A DNA stretch of 63,918 nt, filler included, from Lenisia limosa (GCA_001655205.1; 14 parts of 14 records of this genome joined end to end with filler, not necessarily neighbours in it), one strand, 5' to 3'; counted from the whole stretch's first letter, positions 35,284-48,435 are shown. Translations and numbers: made by a program. Notes: generated from the sequence alone by a model not told the origin.

Positions 35284-36985
35284 GTTCAGGAGACGTTCGA
35301 CGCGTTGGCGAAGGCCGCGGACCTCTCTGAGCACCGCCCTCTGGAGGACCTTGAAAGACGAGGGTGGGGAGGACCTTGAAAATTATTATTATTGTATAAC
35401 AATAAAAAAATAATGAGAGGGTTGAGAGGAGNNNNNNNNNNNNNNNNNNNNNNNNNNNNNNNNNNNNNNNNNNNNNNNNNNNNNNNNNNNNNNNNNNNNN
35501 NNNNNNNNNCATAGCAACTGACTTAGGTTTCTTTGTTTTGTTGTTTTCAACACTCGTGTGCTGCTGCTAGCCAACAGGATTGATTTTTGGCTTTGTTTTT
35601 TTTGTTTTTTTCATCAATTTTCCATTTTACTCCCTATAGAGAGGGGCAGTCCAAGGCTGTCATCTCCGCTCCAGTCCCCGATAAACCAGGGAAATCCCTG
35701 GTCTCCTCGGGAGCTGCTCGTATGCGGGGTGCTAGTTGGTCAATAATATGGACATTGAATGACTCAAATTTAACTTTCAACCTTATCATTATAACTTGTC
35801 CAAAAAAAGACGTATTTTGTCAATATCCTCAATAGCTTTGATTATATTGGTCTTTTCTACAAGGCCCAATTGGCCCGATTTCGTTCCATACTCCTCGATC
35901 CAATAGTTGTGTTATTTTTAAGAATAGTGTAAAGCAAATCGTAGCATTCTCCTAATAGCCCAGCCCCCTTTGTGCCAACCACCCCCGTGTCCCCCTCACG
36001 CACACCACGCGCAGTGGGACGCTCGTCTACGCAACCTGCTTTTGCCCCCTCCACGTCACCTCGGTGGGGGTATTGGTATATTTCACTGTTGATTCATACC
36101 TCAGCACCCCCATCATAATTACATCACAGCTCTCATCATAAATATGCCCCTGACAGAGTTGCTTTTGAGTTTTCTCGTTTCACAATCCCTCCCGATTTTC
36201 CGATGTTTATCCAATAGAGTCGACTTAGGAGGGGGGGGGGGGCTGNNNNNNNNNNNNNNNNNNNNNNNNNNNNNNNNNNNNNNNNNNNNNNNNNNNNNNN
36301 NNNNNNNNNNNNNNNNNNNNNNNNNNNNNNNNNNNNNNNNNNNNNNNNNNNNNNNNNNNNNNNNNNNNNNNNNNNNNNNNNNNNNNNNNNNNNNNNNNNN
36401 NNNNNNNNNNNNNNNNNNNNNNNNNNNNNNNNNNNNNNNNNNNNNNNNNNNGGGAGCCTCCAGTAACAGCAGTTCCGACTTTGCGGCCTTCCTGGCCAGA
36501 GGCAAGGTGTGGGGGTGTATCGTGTTGTAATTAATTGCGAAACAAAATTAATAGAAAACCCTGAGGTGACACAGATTGTCAAACAATTGGCAATAAGGGA
36601 AAAGAAGGGACAAAGAAAAAGGAGGGGCTCATCAATTTCACTTTATCCCTCCCCCCACACACAGACACCCACAATTTTGGGATGCTGGCACTAGCTTTGT
36701 TTGTTTTGTTGTCATCAACTTGTATGTTGCTAGCCAACAGGCACTAGCTTTGTTTGTTTTGTTGTCATCAACTTGTATGTTGCTAGCCAACAGAGTTGAT
36801 TTTGGGCCTTTTTTGTTGCACAAATTTTCCAATTTTACTCCCCCCCCCCCTTGACAGATTTTTTGCCCGCTACTACCACATTCACTCCTCCCCCCCTAGG
36901 TGGCAACAAGTCCGTCGCTGTCACAGTCGCAGCGCCTCCAGAACGCCTTAAAGCCCAGGAGGCTCAAGAGGAACGTCGGACCAAA
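35284..36985 (+). CDS. Unidentified P/S/T-rich multi-exon gene; two introns end in family D (acceptors 35639 and 36857)
   Basis: VQETFDALAKAADLSEHRPLEDLERRG|EGQSKAVISAPVPDK...; FLPATTTFTPPPLGGNKSVAVTVAAPPERLKAQEAQEERRTK|. Confidence 0.55.
36688..36857 (+). repeat. Family D element with exact 53-bp internal tandem duplication
   Basis: gcactagctttg...gctagccaacag x2 (36688-36740, 36741-36793), then agttgattttggg...(C)nttgacag|. Confidence 0.85.
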
Positions 36986-37869
36986 GTGGGGGGAGGGGGA
37001 CTTAAGTGAATATGTAGGAACGTTTTTTTTTTTTTTTTCACAGTCTTGACCGATTTTCCTTTGGGAAATCCTGTAGCAAATCGGTCACTATATAATGGAT
37101 TAATCCGTTGAGATTTTCTGAGCGCACTATAGTCCAATATCTCTTATATGGCCTGATACAACATTATTTTTTATTTCTCATTGCTATATAATATATCGTG
37201 GGCACTTACTCCACAGATCCGGTCAACTCTCGCCCACGTCTTTCGCCAGCATGCATCCCCTTGCTCCGGCGGGACCGCTCCATGTGGGAGGGAGAAGTTC
37301 TTTATAGTATCATATTATATCATATGCGTCCGTTCAAAATTCCGGTTTTTTTGCCAATTCCGATTTTTAGACAATCTTGAAGTTGAAATCTCTCAAAAAG
37401 TGGTGGAAACCACAGAAGGATCTNNNNNNNNNNNNNNNNNNNNNNNNNNNNNNNNNNNNNNNNNNNNTTAATTAATTAANNNNNNNNNNNNNNNNNNNNN
37501 NNNNNNNNNNNNNNNNNNNNNNNCTCAGGTTGGAATTCGCACTCAGGTTGGAATTCGCACTCAGGGGGGTCGCCTTATATGTATGTCGCTATATACAGTA
37601 AAACTATGTTTTTGAATTATATGCATATCGATATGGAAAAGTGTATCATATAGGACAACGGTCAAGACTTATCCCGGTCACTGCAAATATTTGCAATATA
37701 TTGTGAAATGGAGGGAGGGGTAATACTGTGGAACCCATTCTTTATCAAGCTTTCCCCAACACTTTACTCGGATTATCCATGACCGTCCCCCTCTACAAAC
37801 CCCCTAAACTTCATTCTGCATCAAGCTTTCCCCACTATTTCACTCGGAATGACCCCCTCCCCCCCACAG

Positions 37870-39053
37870 TCGCCAACAGGCTTCTCAGGATTCCAGTCGG
37901 ACATGTCTACAGAAAATGATGGAAAGGTCCGAAGGGGGGGGGGGGGTCATACTTNNNNNNNNNNNNNNNNNNNNNNNNNNNNNNNNNNNNNNNNNNNNNN
38001 NNNNNNNNNNNNNNNNNNNNNNNNNNNNNNNNNNNNNNNNNNNNNNNNNNNNNNNNNNNNNNNNNNNNNNNNNNNNNNNNNNNNNNNNNNNNNNNNNNNN
38101 NNNNNNNNNNNNNNNNNNNNNNNNNNNNNNNNNNNNNNNNNNNNNNNNNNNNNNNNNATGAACGACAGCACTTTTACCAGCGACGTTTCTATGATGGTGG
38201 GGGTGAAGTGAAGAGTTGCCTGATACATCAGAGTATTATTCCAGTGAAGATAATTATGGGAATGTGAAGTCATATCCACTAGTGATCTGATCATATGTCC
38301 GTCTTTCAAGTCGAAATGATGAACGAAGGTAACACATCCCGAGTGTATCAGAGTATCATTGAGACTTGTCGTTCAATTACATATGAGTGGATATGAGGTA
38401 TCATCATATCACTGAGTAGAAAATGATATATCACACGTGTGAAAATGTTCTAAAAAGTGGATGACATTTTAAGTGTACTTTCTGAAATCGAAAAAGGTAA
38501 TTGGTTCATTATTTAGCCTACTCCGGCACTCACCAAACAGGATGACCTTCCGATTGAGCCACCACGACAAAATTCTGTCCAAAACCCCCCGCCCATGCAA
38601 CGAAGAATGTCGGAAATCTCCGAGCACCCGCCCATGCACAACATGATGCCCCCTCCCAACCAAAGATTGTCGCAGCAAATTCCGCACCCCCTCCATCAGC
38701 AACAGCAACAAACATTCCAAAACATGCCCAGTAGTATGAACAACAGCACTGCCTATAGTAGCATGGGAATGGGAAGCATGGACATGGGCAGTGACATGGG
38801 CTCTTTTAGCAGTGTTGGTATGGGTGCTGCTCCTTCTGCTAACAACATGATGGGTAACAACTTGATGGGGATGAATCAAGGTAATCCGAATCCCAATGTT
38901 AACATGAACAATAACATGATGATGATGAACAACAACAACATGATGATGAACAACAACATGATGAACAACAACATGATGATGCAATCTTCTGGGCTGGATA
39001 GTGACAATATGACGACTCAAGATGGGACCTTCCTAAGCATAGGACAAGTGTAG
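37870..39053 (+). CDS. M/N/Q-rich low-complexity protein (partial)
   Basis: Exons SPTGFSGFQSDMSTENDGK|, MNDSTFTSDVSMM| and 38541-39047 with NMMMMNNNNMMMNNN tracts. Confidence 0.7.
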
Positions 39054-40092
39054 AGATTATGGGTAATATGTGTGTATTTTTGTATCTTGTTATAATATTA
39101 TGTTTTTTTGAGAATTCGATATCTGGTTGGGTTATTATGTATTATTGCAATAGTTCAACTGGGCTGTTTCTGAGGAAATAGAAATATACATGCATACATT
39201 GAATCATAAATTTACATAATATACATGTACATTTTGATATCGATATATATATTAGATAGATATATTCATATACAAAAATAAAATCAGTATATATATGATA
39301 TCAGATATGATATGTAGTGGTGGTATATAATAGCACATGTAGAGATGAGACAAACGGTAGTATCTGGCAAGTCACACGGTGAACATTCGTGGATCATTCT
39401 CTTCACTCTCCCGTATACGGAACGAAACAGCATTTCGTGGCCGACCACTGCCTTGCGGAAGTCATATTGGAAGGAGAGGCAACTGGGATAGCGCACACTC
39501 AAAAAGTCTATTATTCTTTCATGAACGTTTTACCTCTCACAATTTCTAATACCGTTTTTACTATCAGAATATCTTTTCTTCTTTTCGTCTTTTTGCTTTT
39601 TATTTGTTAAAACTCATTTTTGGTTGCTGGGTCCTAACTCCTAACCCCTGATCTGCCCTCAAAGAAGAAAACCTCTCCCGATCTCTTTTTGAGCCAGACA
39701 CCCTCTCACAAGTGTTTTCCTGTTTTGCTTCTTCTTTTATATGTGTTTTCCTGTTTTCCTTCTTCCTTTATAGCCATGTTTTCCTTCTTCCTTTATTGCG
39801 TTTTCCTTCTTCTCGAATCAATGCGTATTGTTTAGGACTCCAAGCAATGAGTATTTTTGAATAAATTTATTAACAAAACTTGATATTAGGGTCATGGCGT
39901 TCTCGTTATAATATGTCGCACTTCAAATTATGAAAACAACTCTCAATTAGCACGGTGTCCTGATATTTTTTAACAAGCTCTCATGAATAAAACAGTCTAC
40001 ATGTTAATTACATCCAAACAAAACCATAAATCTAGTACACAAAATAAAAAACCTCAAAAATAACCTCTCAAAAAACCCTCCAATTCCCCCCT

Positions 40093-41863
40093 TTATACCA
40101 TATCCAGTCCCTCAGGCACTGATCGTCGATATTCAGCCCGGGTCGGGTATTGTCGTGGCCTTCGGAGTGAGATAGGTAGTTGATGGTGATGGTGATGATG
40201 TTAATGATGAAAAATAATATGATTACGATGATGAGATGGATGATGATAATGGTGGTGATGATGTTGATATTTAGCAACGTGAAAAAAAAAAAAAAAAAGG
40301 TTGCATCTGGCCGAAGCCTTCCACACCATCACGCTAGAAGAGCTATTGAATTAGAGTATATGAATATAATATTAAGGCAATAAACAGCAATAAATCATAA
40401 AATAATTATAGGCACTAATACCAATACCAATTTAGTACTGCTTTGCTTAGAAGCACAAATATAAGACAATTTACTAATGCAATTGCTTACTGTCGTTGGA
40501 AAAAGTCCTTGAGGTTCTGAATAGTGCCCTAAATAACATCAGGGAAAGGGAGTAAAGCATGAAATAAAGAGCGGGAAGGGGATCCAAATCAACTCTGTGG
40601 GCTAGAAACACCCAGGTTGAAAGCAATAAAACAAACAAGCCCAGTATAACATTACTGCCCCCCCCCCCACGCGGTCAAGAGCATTATCAAACTCCTTCTT
40701 TGCGNNNNNNNNNNNNNNNNNNNNNNNNNNNNNNNNNNNNNNNNNNNNNNNNNNNNNNNNNNNNNNNNNNNNNNNNNNNNNNNNNNNNNNNNNNNNNNNN
40801 NNNNNNNNNNNNNNNNNNNNNNNNNNNNNNNNNNNNNNNNNNNNNNNNNNNNNNNNNNNNNNNNNNNNNNNNNNNNNNNNNNNNNNNNNNNNNNNNNNNN
40901 NNNNNNNNNNNNNNNNNNNNNNNNNNNNNNNNNNNNNNNNNNNNNNNGAACTCCGATGAAGATGGCCGAAATGATCGGGAGCCATGGATCTTTGGTGATT
41001 GTATTGAAAACATCGTGCCGTTTTGGGGGCTGGGTTTCTTCGTAATCTATAGGGGGGTGGGTGAGTTAATATTATACTACAATCCAATATCTCTTATAAG
41101 CGTGATGGCTATTAATACGGGGTAATTCCTGGGTGACATGCTAGGAAAATTGTTGAAACAACAAAAAAATAAAACAGTCCAACCCCCCCCCCCCCTANNN
41201 NNNNNNNNNNNNNNNNNNNNNNNNNNNNNNNNNNNNNNNNNNNNNNNNNNNNNNNNNNNNNNNNNNNNNNNNNNNNNNNNNNNNNNNNNNNNNNNNNNNN
41301 NNNNNNNNNNNNNNNNNNNNNNNNNNNNNNNNNNNNNNNNNNNNNNNNNNNNNNNNNNNNNNNNNNNNNNNNNNNNNNNNNNNNNNNNNNNNNCTCTGCT
41401 GACTTGAAACACATGAGCGTTAAGAAAAACAACCTATGTATCTAGTATTATAGTATATCATATAGACAGCAATAGCATATAATACACCCCTCACATCGCG
41501 GCCGACACAGTTGTCGATCCAGGGGCAGTGATGATCCAACCGGTGGACACAGCGATCACATACGGAGCAGTGTTTCATGCGGATGGTTTTAATGTGCTGT
41601 GGGGTTATTTGTGATGGACAATGAGTAATGTTATTTATGATGGACTATGATGGTTACGATGATGGTTGCTTGTGTTGCTATCATGTTATTAATGATGGTG
41701 TAAGGTTATTAATGATGGTATAATATTGTTTGTGATTGTTACTAAGAAAATTTTATAGATTTGATGTGTTGTGAGGGCTTCAAGGTTGGGACGTTGATTA
41801 TTAAGAAATAAAACAATTACAAAGAGACTCCCCCCCCCCCCCACCTTGCAGGTGACACAGAAG
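40093..41863 (-). CDS. DHHC-type protein S-acyltransferase (partial)
   Basis: FCVTCK|[34 protein letters not shown]| (41495-41596); FDNALDR|[13 protein letters not shown]|PRQYP...*. Confidence 0.92.
40529..40670 (-). repeat. 142-bp DHHC intron consisting of GT + G-run + family D + AG
   Basis: gt(g)10cagtaatgttatactgggcttgtttg...ctagcccacagagttgatttgg...tttactccctttccctgatgttatttag|. Confidence 0.85.
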
Positions 41864-41974
41864 NNNNNNNNNNNNNNNNNNNNNNNNNNNNNNNNNNNNN
41901 NNNNNNNNNNNNNNNNNNNNNNNNNNNNNNNNNNNNNNNNNNNNNNNNNNNNNNNNNNNNNNNNNNNNNNNNNA

Positions 41975-42114
41975 CTGAAGAGGGGGGGGGGGGAGTAAAA
42001 TTGGAAAATTGATGACAAAACGCAGAATCAACTCTACTGGCTGAACATTTGGGAAACACACATAGGTTAGTAAAAATAAAACAAAAAGCCCAAGACAGTC
42101 GCTTCTGCAGCACC
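41975..42114 (-). repeat. Family D element ending at an AG on the DHHC strand
   Basis: ggtgctgcagaagcgactgtcttgggc...cagccagtagagttgattctg...aattttccaattttact(c)n tcttcag|; downstream exon mostly in Ns. Confidence 0.8.
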
Positions 42115-43036
42115 NNNNNNNNNNNNNNNNNNNNNNNNNNNNNNNNNNNNNNACATATCACATCCCACAAAACGCATCATATTACATGTATAACTAACTG
42201 AACATGCATGCCCCAATAGCACCTCATATTATCCCCAAAGCACCCGGGTACCCCCGCACCTGCGACGATTGCTTCGGTACAAACCCAGGGTCCTCAAGCC
42301 AGGCCTGGACATACGCCCGGCAGCCGAACAGGAAAACTGCAACCATTGCGAACTGCAGGAGGAAAAACCGGGCCCCGAAGTGGGCTGCTAGGATCCTGGG
42401 GNNNNNNNNNNNNNNNNNNNNNNNNNNNNNNNNNNNNNNNNNNNNTTAATTAATTAANNNNNNNNNNNNNNNNNNNNNNNNNNNNNNNNNNNNNNNNNNN
42501 NCCCCCCCCCCCTTGTTTTCTATTCCAAAGCTCACAATTCCAGGAAGATCTTGTGCTGAAGTCCCCCCATGGTCGCCTCCTCAAACAAATCCTCCCCCTC
42601 TACTCGGTTGGCTCTCTTATAGGCTGACCCCCCTCCCTTCACCACCCTCTCCACCAGTTTTATTGTTTTGTTTTTCTCCTCATAAATATCTATTTTCCTT
42701 CTCCCCCGTCTTCGAAATCAACCCAAGTTTACCGATTTTCCAAATTCCAACACAATACCTCTGTGTAATTTTGTCATCGTATCCCTTCTCCTTTGGTTGT
42801 ATTGTCTTGCACTCATAAGATACAGCCCAACACCGCGGCTGCTTCCGCTCCCTCAACCCCCTCAAAGTAGGCATAACTGCTCAGGGTTGCTGAATACTGT
42901 CGGATATTATTTCGAAGAGAAGAATAATCTCGAATTCTTTTATTCAAAAACAGCTTCACTTCTCATATTTTGGTTATTTACCTTTTTTCCAATTTTTATG
43001 GTTGTTTTTTTTATTTTTTGAGAATATGGCATTTCT

Positions 43037-43617
43037 GTGCTTTGCTCTCACCAGTTTAGGGACAAAATGACTGCAGCGCCCCAAGGAGGCATGCAAAACG
43101 TTCAAAACGCTCAGGTCCAAAACATCCAAATGAACAACATCCAGATGCAAAACCCCCAGATGCAAAATATGCAAATGGGTAATATGCAAAACCAGCAAAT
43201 ACAAAATCAGCAGATGCAAAACCAACAAATGCAGAATCAGCAAATGCAAAATCAGCAAATGGGTAACATGCAGATGCAAAACCAACAGATGGGCAATATG
43301 CAAATGCAGAACATGCAGATGCAGAACATGCAGAACAACATGATGAACATGAACCAAGGCAACAACATGCAAATGCCTAACATGAACATGATGCAGCAGC
43401 CGAACATGGGCCAAATGAACATGCAGTACGGTGGCGGCAATATGCACCAGCAAATGATCCAGCAGCAAATAATGATGGGCTCATTACAGGGCCCCACTCC
43501 CAATAGCCCCATGGGAACGACAAGCAATGTTGATGAACTCCTTGGCTCTATGGGAATTGATTTGGAGCGAACAGGGTCGCCAGGACCTCAATCGCCTAGT
43601 GGCAACTCTCCAAGGGT
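43037..43617 (+). CDS. Q/N/M-rich exon with (MQNQQ)n-type repeats (partial gene)
   Basis: Long open frame QNQQMQNQQMQNQQMGNMQM..., ending at a GT(G)n donor. Confidence 0.75.
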
Positions 43618-43750
43618 GGGGGGGGGGGGNNNNNNNNNNNNNNNNNNNNNNNNNNNNNNNNNNNNNNNNNNNNTTAATTAATTAANNNNNNNNNNNNNNN
43701 NNNNNNNNNNNNNNNNNNNNNNNNNNNNNTAAGTCACCCCCTCCCCCAGT

Positions 43751-45055
43751 GACCCCGACATCTTCCAAGGTCATCCCCCACCTGCCAACTGTCATGTCCC
43801 AGAAAACACTCTCCGCTATTTCGAGCGAATCTGGTGGGAGAATAGAATTGATGTTAGCCTTTATTTTTTGTTCCAACATTTCCTTTATCTGATGTGATTC
43901 GGGGCTGCAGAAGCGACTAGACTGGGCTTTGTTTTTTTGTGTTTTTTTTCCCAAATGCTAGGCAACAGAGTCGATTCTGGTTATTTCATAACCTTCCCCC
44001 TCAAGATCAGGGAACGTCTATGGTCATTACGCCTACAACTGAAAACATTCCTCACATCACAGTATGTGGCTAGTGTCTTCACCTATCATAAAATGCATGT
44101 ATCATATGATGATACGAAACAAAACCAAAAGGAAAACCGCTGTACATAGTTTGGCAAAAGGTAGCCTCTGATAATCACATTGTTCCACTTTGTAACAGTT
44201 TCAGGAAGAAGAAGATCAGTCGAAGGTATGCCAAGGAGTACTATCATCTTATTGGAATTTATTGCCTTACTGCTTTTAATTACTTATTCTGTTCTGATAA
44301 CTTGATATAATTGGTGAAGATTAGCATTGAAACCCCTAATCTTATTCCCCCAGAGCAATCCCAGTCTTCTTGTCGAAAGAACAGTGAGCTTGGGCTGATT
44401 CTCAACCCCATGTTGAACACCGTGGAATATTATTATTCATGAAGGGCTTCAAACTTTAAGAACAACCTAGAAATTATCTGTGATTCATCATAGGTTATAT
44501 AGTTGCTCAATTTCCACTGACCCCCNNNNNNNNNNNNNNNNNNNNNNNNNNNNNNNNNNNNNNNNNNNNNNNNNNNNNNNNNNNNNNNNNNNNNNNNNNN
44601 NNNNNNNNNNNNNNNNNNNNNNNNNNNNNNNNNGACGGATGCGCATCTTCTGAACTCGGTAGGGCAAAAGCAACAATTTCGATATTCTTTGATATGATAG
44701 TTAAGTTTTACGCCTCAGAACAATCGCACACCACTGATGGGGTTCTTTCCTTGATACCCGACCCGCCGTCTTCTTCAATTTCCTCCGCAATTAGTGGGCA
44801 TTCGTTCTGGCTTATTTTTGCAGAGGGAATTCTTGAGGTGTCATTTTTTGTTTTGGGAATATTGTCTCGGTTGCCAAAAGCGCATGGGCTGTTTTGTGAC
44901 ACTGACTGGAAGCTCATTATTCGTCACCTTTCAGTGCGGCAGTCTGACATTGTGGAGGTTGAGCTTCAAGACATTAACCCCGTGTCGCCCATCTCCAACT
45001 CCAGCACTGATCCCCCTGTTAGTCAGTTCGTGCTTAAGCAGCCACCTCCCGAGGT
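43751..45055 (+). CDS. Unidentified multi-exon gene; intron 43834-44010 ends in family D
   Basis: ENTLRYFERIW|ERLWSLRLQLKTFLTSQ| is an in-frame join; long exon ~44700-45055. Confidence 0.5.
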
Positions 45056-46343
45056 GAGTTACCAGCCAATGTTGTCCATCCCCAATGTCTTGGTGAAATC
45101 AACACCCATAAGTGACGAAACCTCCATATAACCACCCCAGATGGCCTCGATGCCTGCCATTTCTGAGGCTCTCGGAGAATCCAGGTGGGGGCTCGGAATA
45201 AATGTCAAGAGATTGTCAAGGTTTTGTCTCCCTATTATTAACAACTTTAGATATCCAACATTGCCAAAACCGCGCCTTACCCAGCATTTCATAATTTAGG
45301 GGAGTTTTGCGCAAATGCGGTTCGTCATCTACAGTGCACAGTGTCTCCTCGCAGACTAAATGTGAGCTTTTTATGGTGTTGTCCCTCATATGTGCGTTAC
45401 CGCTATATTGTTTTTTTATTTTTGTGTTTTGATATTTCATGTTTGATGAATTCACCCCCCCCCCTCCACCCCGCAGCACANNNNNNNNNNNNNNNNNNNN
45501 NNNNNNNNNNNNNNNNNNNNNNNNTTAATTAATTAANNNNNNNNNNNNNNNNNNNNNNNNNNNNNNNNNNNNNNNNNNNNGCTGGGCAGGCAAGAGGTGG
45601 GGGTAATATTCTTGTATATTGGGTTTTTGTTTTTGTTATTTCTTCATTATCATGCCCATTTTACCCACATTTACCTCGTGTTATTGTTTTTTGTTTGGAG
45701 TTCCAGATTATTCGGTTCGTGATTAGTTCCTTTACGCCAATATTCATCGAAATTTCCTTCGTTTTACCCCCCCCCCNNNNNNNNNNNNNNNNNNNNNNNN
45801 NNNNNNNNNNNNNNNNNNNNNNNNNNNNNNNNNNNNNNNNNNNNNNNNNNNNNNNNNNNNNNNNNNNNNNNNNNNNNNGTCGATCTCAAACCACCACAAG
45901 AGCATCGGGCCCTCCCCCGAGAAGGAAACGGAGTTCAGGTGAGGGGGGTGGATTTGTTTTTGGATTTATGGAAGGAGAGTGTTTGTGAATGGGTGTAGAT
46001 GGAGGAAAAGGGAGATTAATTAAAAGACAAAGAAGTAATAGAAGAAAAAGAAAGAGAAGGAATAGAAAGATAAGAAGACTAAAAGAACAGCAAGAACAAG
46101 AACTCCCCTCACATTTCAGATTACGGTCGCGGACAATCAACTGCCCTCGTCCCGACATGTCTGAAATTATCGTAACTGGGCTGGTTTTGGGATGGTCAAA
46201 ATATCACATCATATGTACTATATTATTCTATCTACTCTATATTCTGTGGGTGGTATGCCTTGTATAAGCTTTTTGCAAATCATATGTAGAGCTGTGATAT
46301 CTGGGGAAGCATGCAGAAAGCTGTGTGCACGGAGTTGTAAGGC

Positions 46344-46427
46344 AAATGATTGGGTGAATAATATTATACTATTATCCAATATCTCTTAGAAGCGTGATGA
46401 TGTGGACGGCTTCAGCCAGATACAACT
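46344..46427 (+). repeat. Family B element
   Basis: aaatgattgggtgaataatattatac...gcgtgatgatgtggacggcttcagccagatacaac-ttt. Confidence 0.8.
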
Positions 46428-46479
46428 TTATTTTTCATTTCACATTGCTGTATTTTTATATTATTTTATTAACTATATA

Positions 46480-46580
46480 TAGGGCTTCCCTTCGGTCCGA
46501 AAAAAGACCGTTAAAATATCGATATTTATCGAGGATTTATCGAGAAATTCAGTCTTTTTGGGGACCGTAGGGAAGCCCTA
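46480..46580. mobile_element. Family A MITE, TAGGGCTTCCC variant
   Basis: TIRs tagggcttcccttcggtcc / ggaccgtagggaagcccta; flanks actatata/acagtata (6/8). Confidence 0.85.
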
Positions 46581-47882
46581 ACAGTATATTATATGGGTGT
46601 ATTATGTGTCTTTTATGAGCTTTATGTAAATCAAGTACAGATTCACCTGTAATATATATTTGACACCTTAGAACGCAACCGACCCAACCGAAGATAGGGA
46701 AATGGAGCTTGAAATGCCGGCAATGTCCCTGCCCAACCCCCCACCGGTCGTCCCAAACAAAGAAAAGGAAACTNNNNNNNNNNNNNNNNNNNNNNNNNNN
46801 NNNNNNNNNNNNNNNNNNNNNNNNNNNNNNNNNNNNNNNNNNNNNNNNNNNNNNNNNNNNNNNNNNNNNNNNNNNNNNNNNNNNNNNNNNNNNNNNNNNN
46901 NNACATATGATATGATATAGGGCTTCGCAATGGTCCGAATAAGACTGGTAAAATATCGATATCTATCAATGATACGATATATCGAGTGACACCATCTTTT
47001 ATATTATTAATTGGTAATGTGAGGGATTTTCTTGCCACTACTATGAAGTAACACAACAGGTGCCCCTGACCCTCCCGCCCAACTCCTCACAAAATACCTC
47101 TACTTCTGATTCAACAATCCAAATCGTGAGCTGAGAGGACTGACGGGTAAAACAACCTTCGATATTTTTAGTAGAAATTTTAAGGGGGGGGGGGGGTTGN
47201 NNNNNNNNNNNNNNNNNNNNNNNNNNNNNNNNNNNNNNNNNNNNNNNNNNNNNNNNNNNNNNNNNNNNNNNNNNNNNNNNNNNNNNNNNNNNNNNNNNNN
47301 NNNNNNNNNNNNNNNNNNNNNAAATACCGATTAGGTGACATAGTATAATAGTAATATTTGTTGCGCATCTTCAGATTGTAGGCAGCTTAAATGATGTGGC
47401 GATTGAAAAAGGATTCAAAATTGCGAAAACTATGACGATTGCTGATTTCATCCTTCGATTTTTAGAACGATTAAATAAGTACTAACTATACGACTCAACC
47501 CAACAAGGGATTTCACATTATTTCTAACCGAGGCTTTTCGCTCACCTATTTAGCAAGGATTTACATACGACCCCTCGGTGGAGGCACTCAGCGTTTCAAT
47601 TGGTAGGTTTGGGACAAGTGTTAATGGTGGTGGTTTTAATGATGATGATGGTGCTTANNNNNNNNNNNNNNNNNNNNNNNNNNNNNNNNNNNNNNNNNNN
47701 NTTAATTAATTAANNNNNNNNNNNNNNNNNNNNNNNNNNNNNNNNNNNNNNNNNNNNTTTATCATATTGACCCCTGTCATTTTTGTGGCCCGCCCGGCAC
47801 CAGGGTCACCCCCCTGTTTTTGGCTCAGTTTCAGCTCCAGTAAAATCCTGCTAAAAACCAGGAAGTTATTTATTGGGTATTT

Positions 47883-48435
47883 ATGCCACTTTCTGATATA
47901 AATAGACTGATTCCAGTTCTTTCCTATGTTTTGAACCAACTGGTATCGAGGAATGATAAGATTCCTTTAAGTCAAATAACAATCACGAGATTTCATGCAA
48001 TGAAATCCCCAAATATTGGGATTCAGCATTATTTGGAACGGTTTGTAGAAGTGTATTTTTTTTTTATTTTTGAGTTATAAAATATGCACCATGTAGTAAA
48101 GAGTGTGTCATTCTTGCATTAATATATATTGATAGAATTATTCAAAGAAACTTTAATTTTGTTCTTTCATCTTTGAACGTTCATAGGCTTTTGATAACAT
48201 CGTTATTTTTTTATTTGTTTTTACTAGAATTATGCTTGCTACGAAGTATTTTGATGACTGCTATTATAACAATGCCTACTACGCCAAAGTTGGGGGCGTT
48301 TCATCACTGGAAATGAATGCTTTGGAACTTGACTTTCTTTTTCTTATTAACTTTTCATTATCGGTGTCTTCAGATTTATTTGAAAGGTATCAGGCAGAAC
48401 TAAACAAGCACTCTTCCAGGTTGCAGTTGTTTTAG
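47883..48435 (+). CDS. PHO80/PREG/CYCU-type cyclin
   Basis: [19 protein letters not shown]; [19 protein letters not shown]; NVHRLLITS|[37 protein letters not shown]. First junction does not phase cleanly. Confidence 0.88.

Noticed and set aside
34968-37563. Short tandem repeats at contig starts (27-bp at 34968, 19-bp at 37524; also ~11278 and ~15860) as CRISPR or telomeric arrays
   Set aside because: Two to three head-to-tail units with no spacers; minisatellites that broke the assembly.
40068-40383. Ile- or Met-rich ORFs
   Set aside because: (ATG/ATC)n microsatellite within a DHHC intron.
38469-43468. His/Val/Leu-rich (-) ORFs 38469-39020, 42974-43468 and 43252-43527
   Set aside because: Antisense shadows of the M/N/Q-rich (+) exons.
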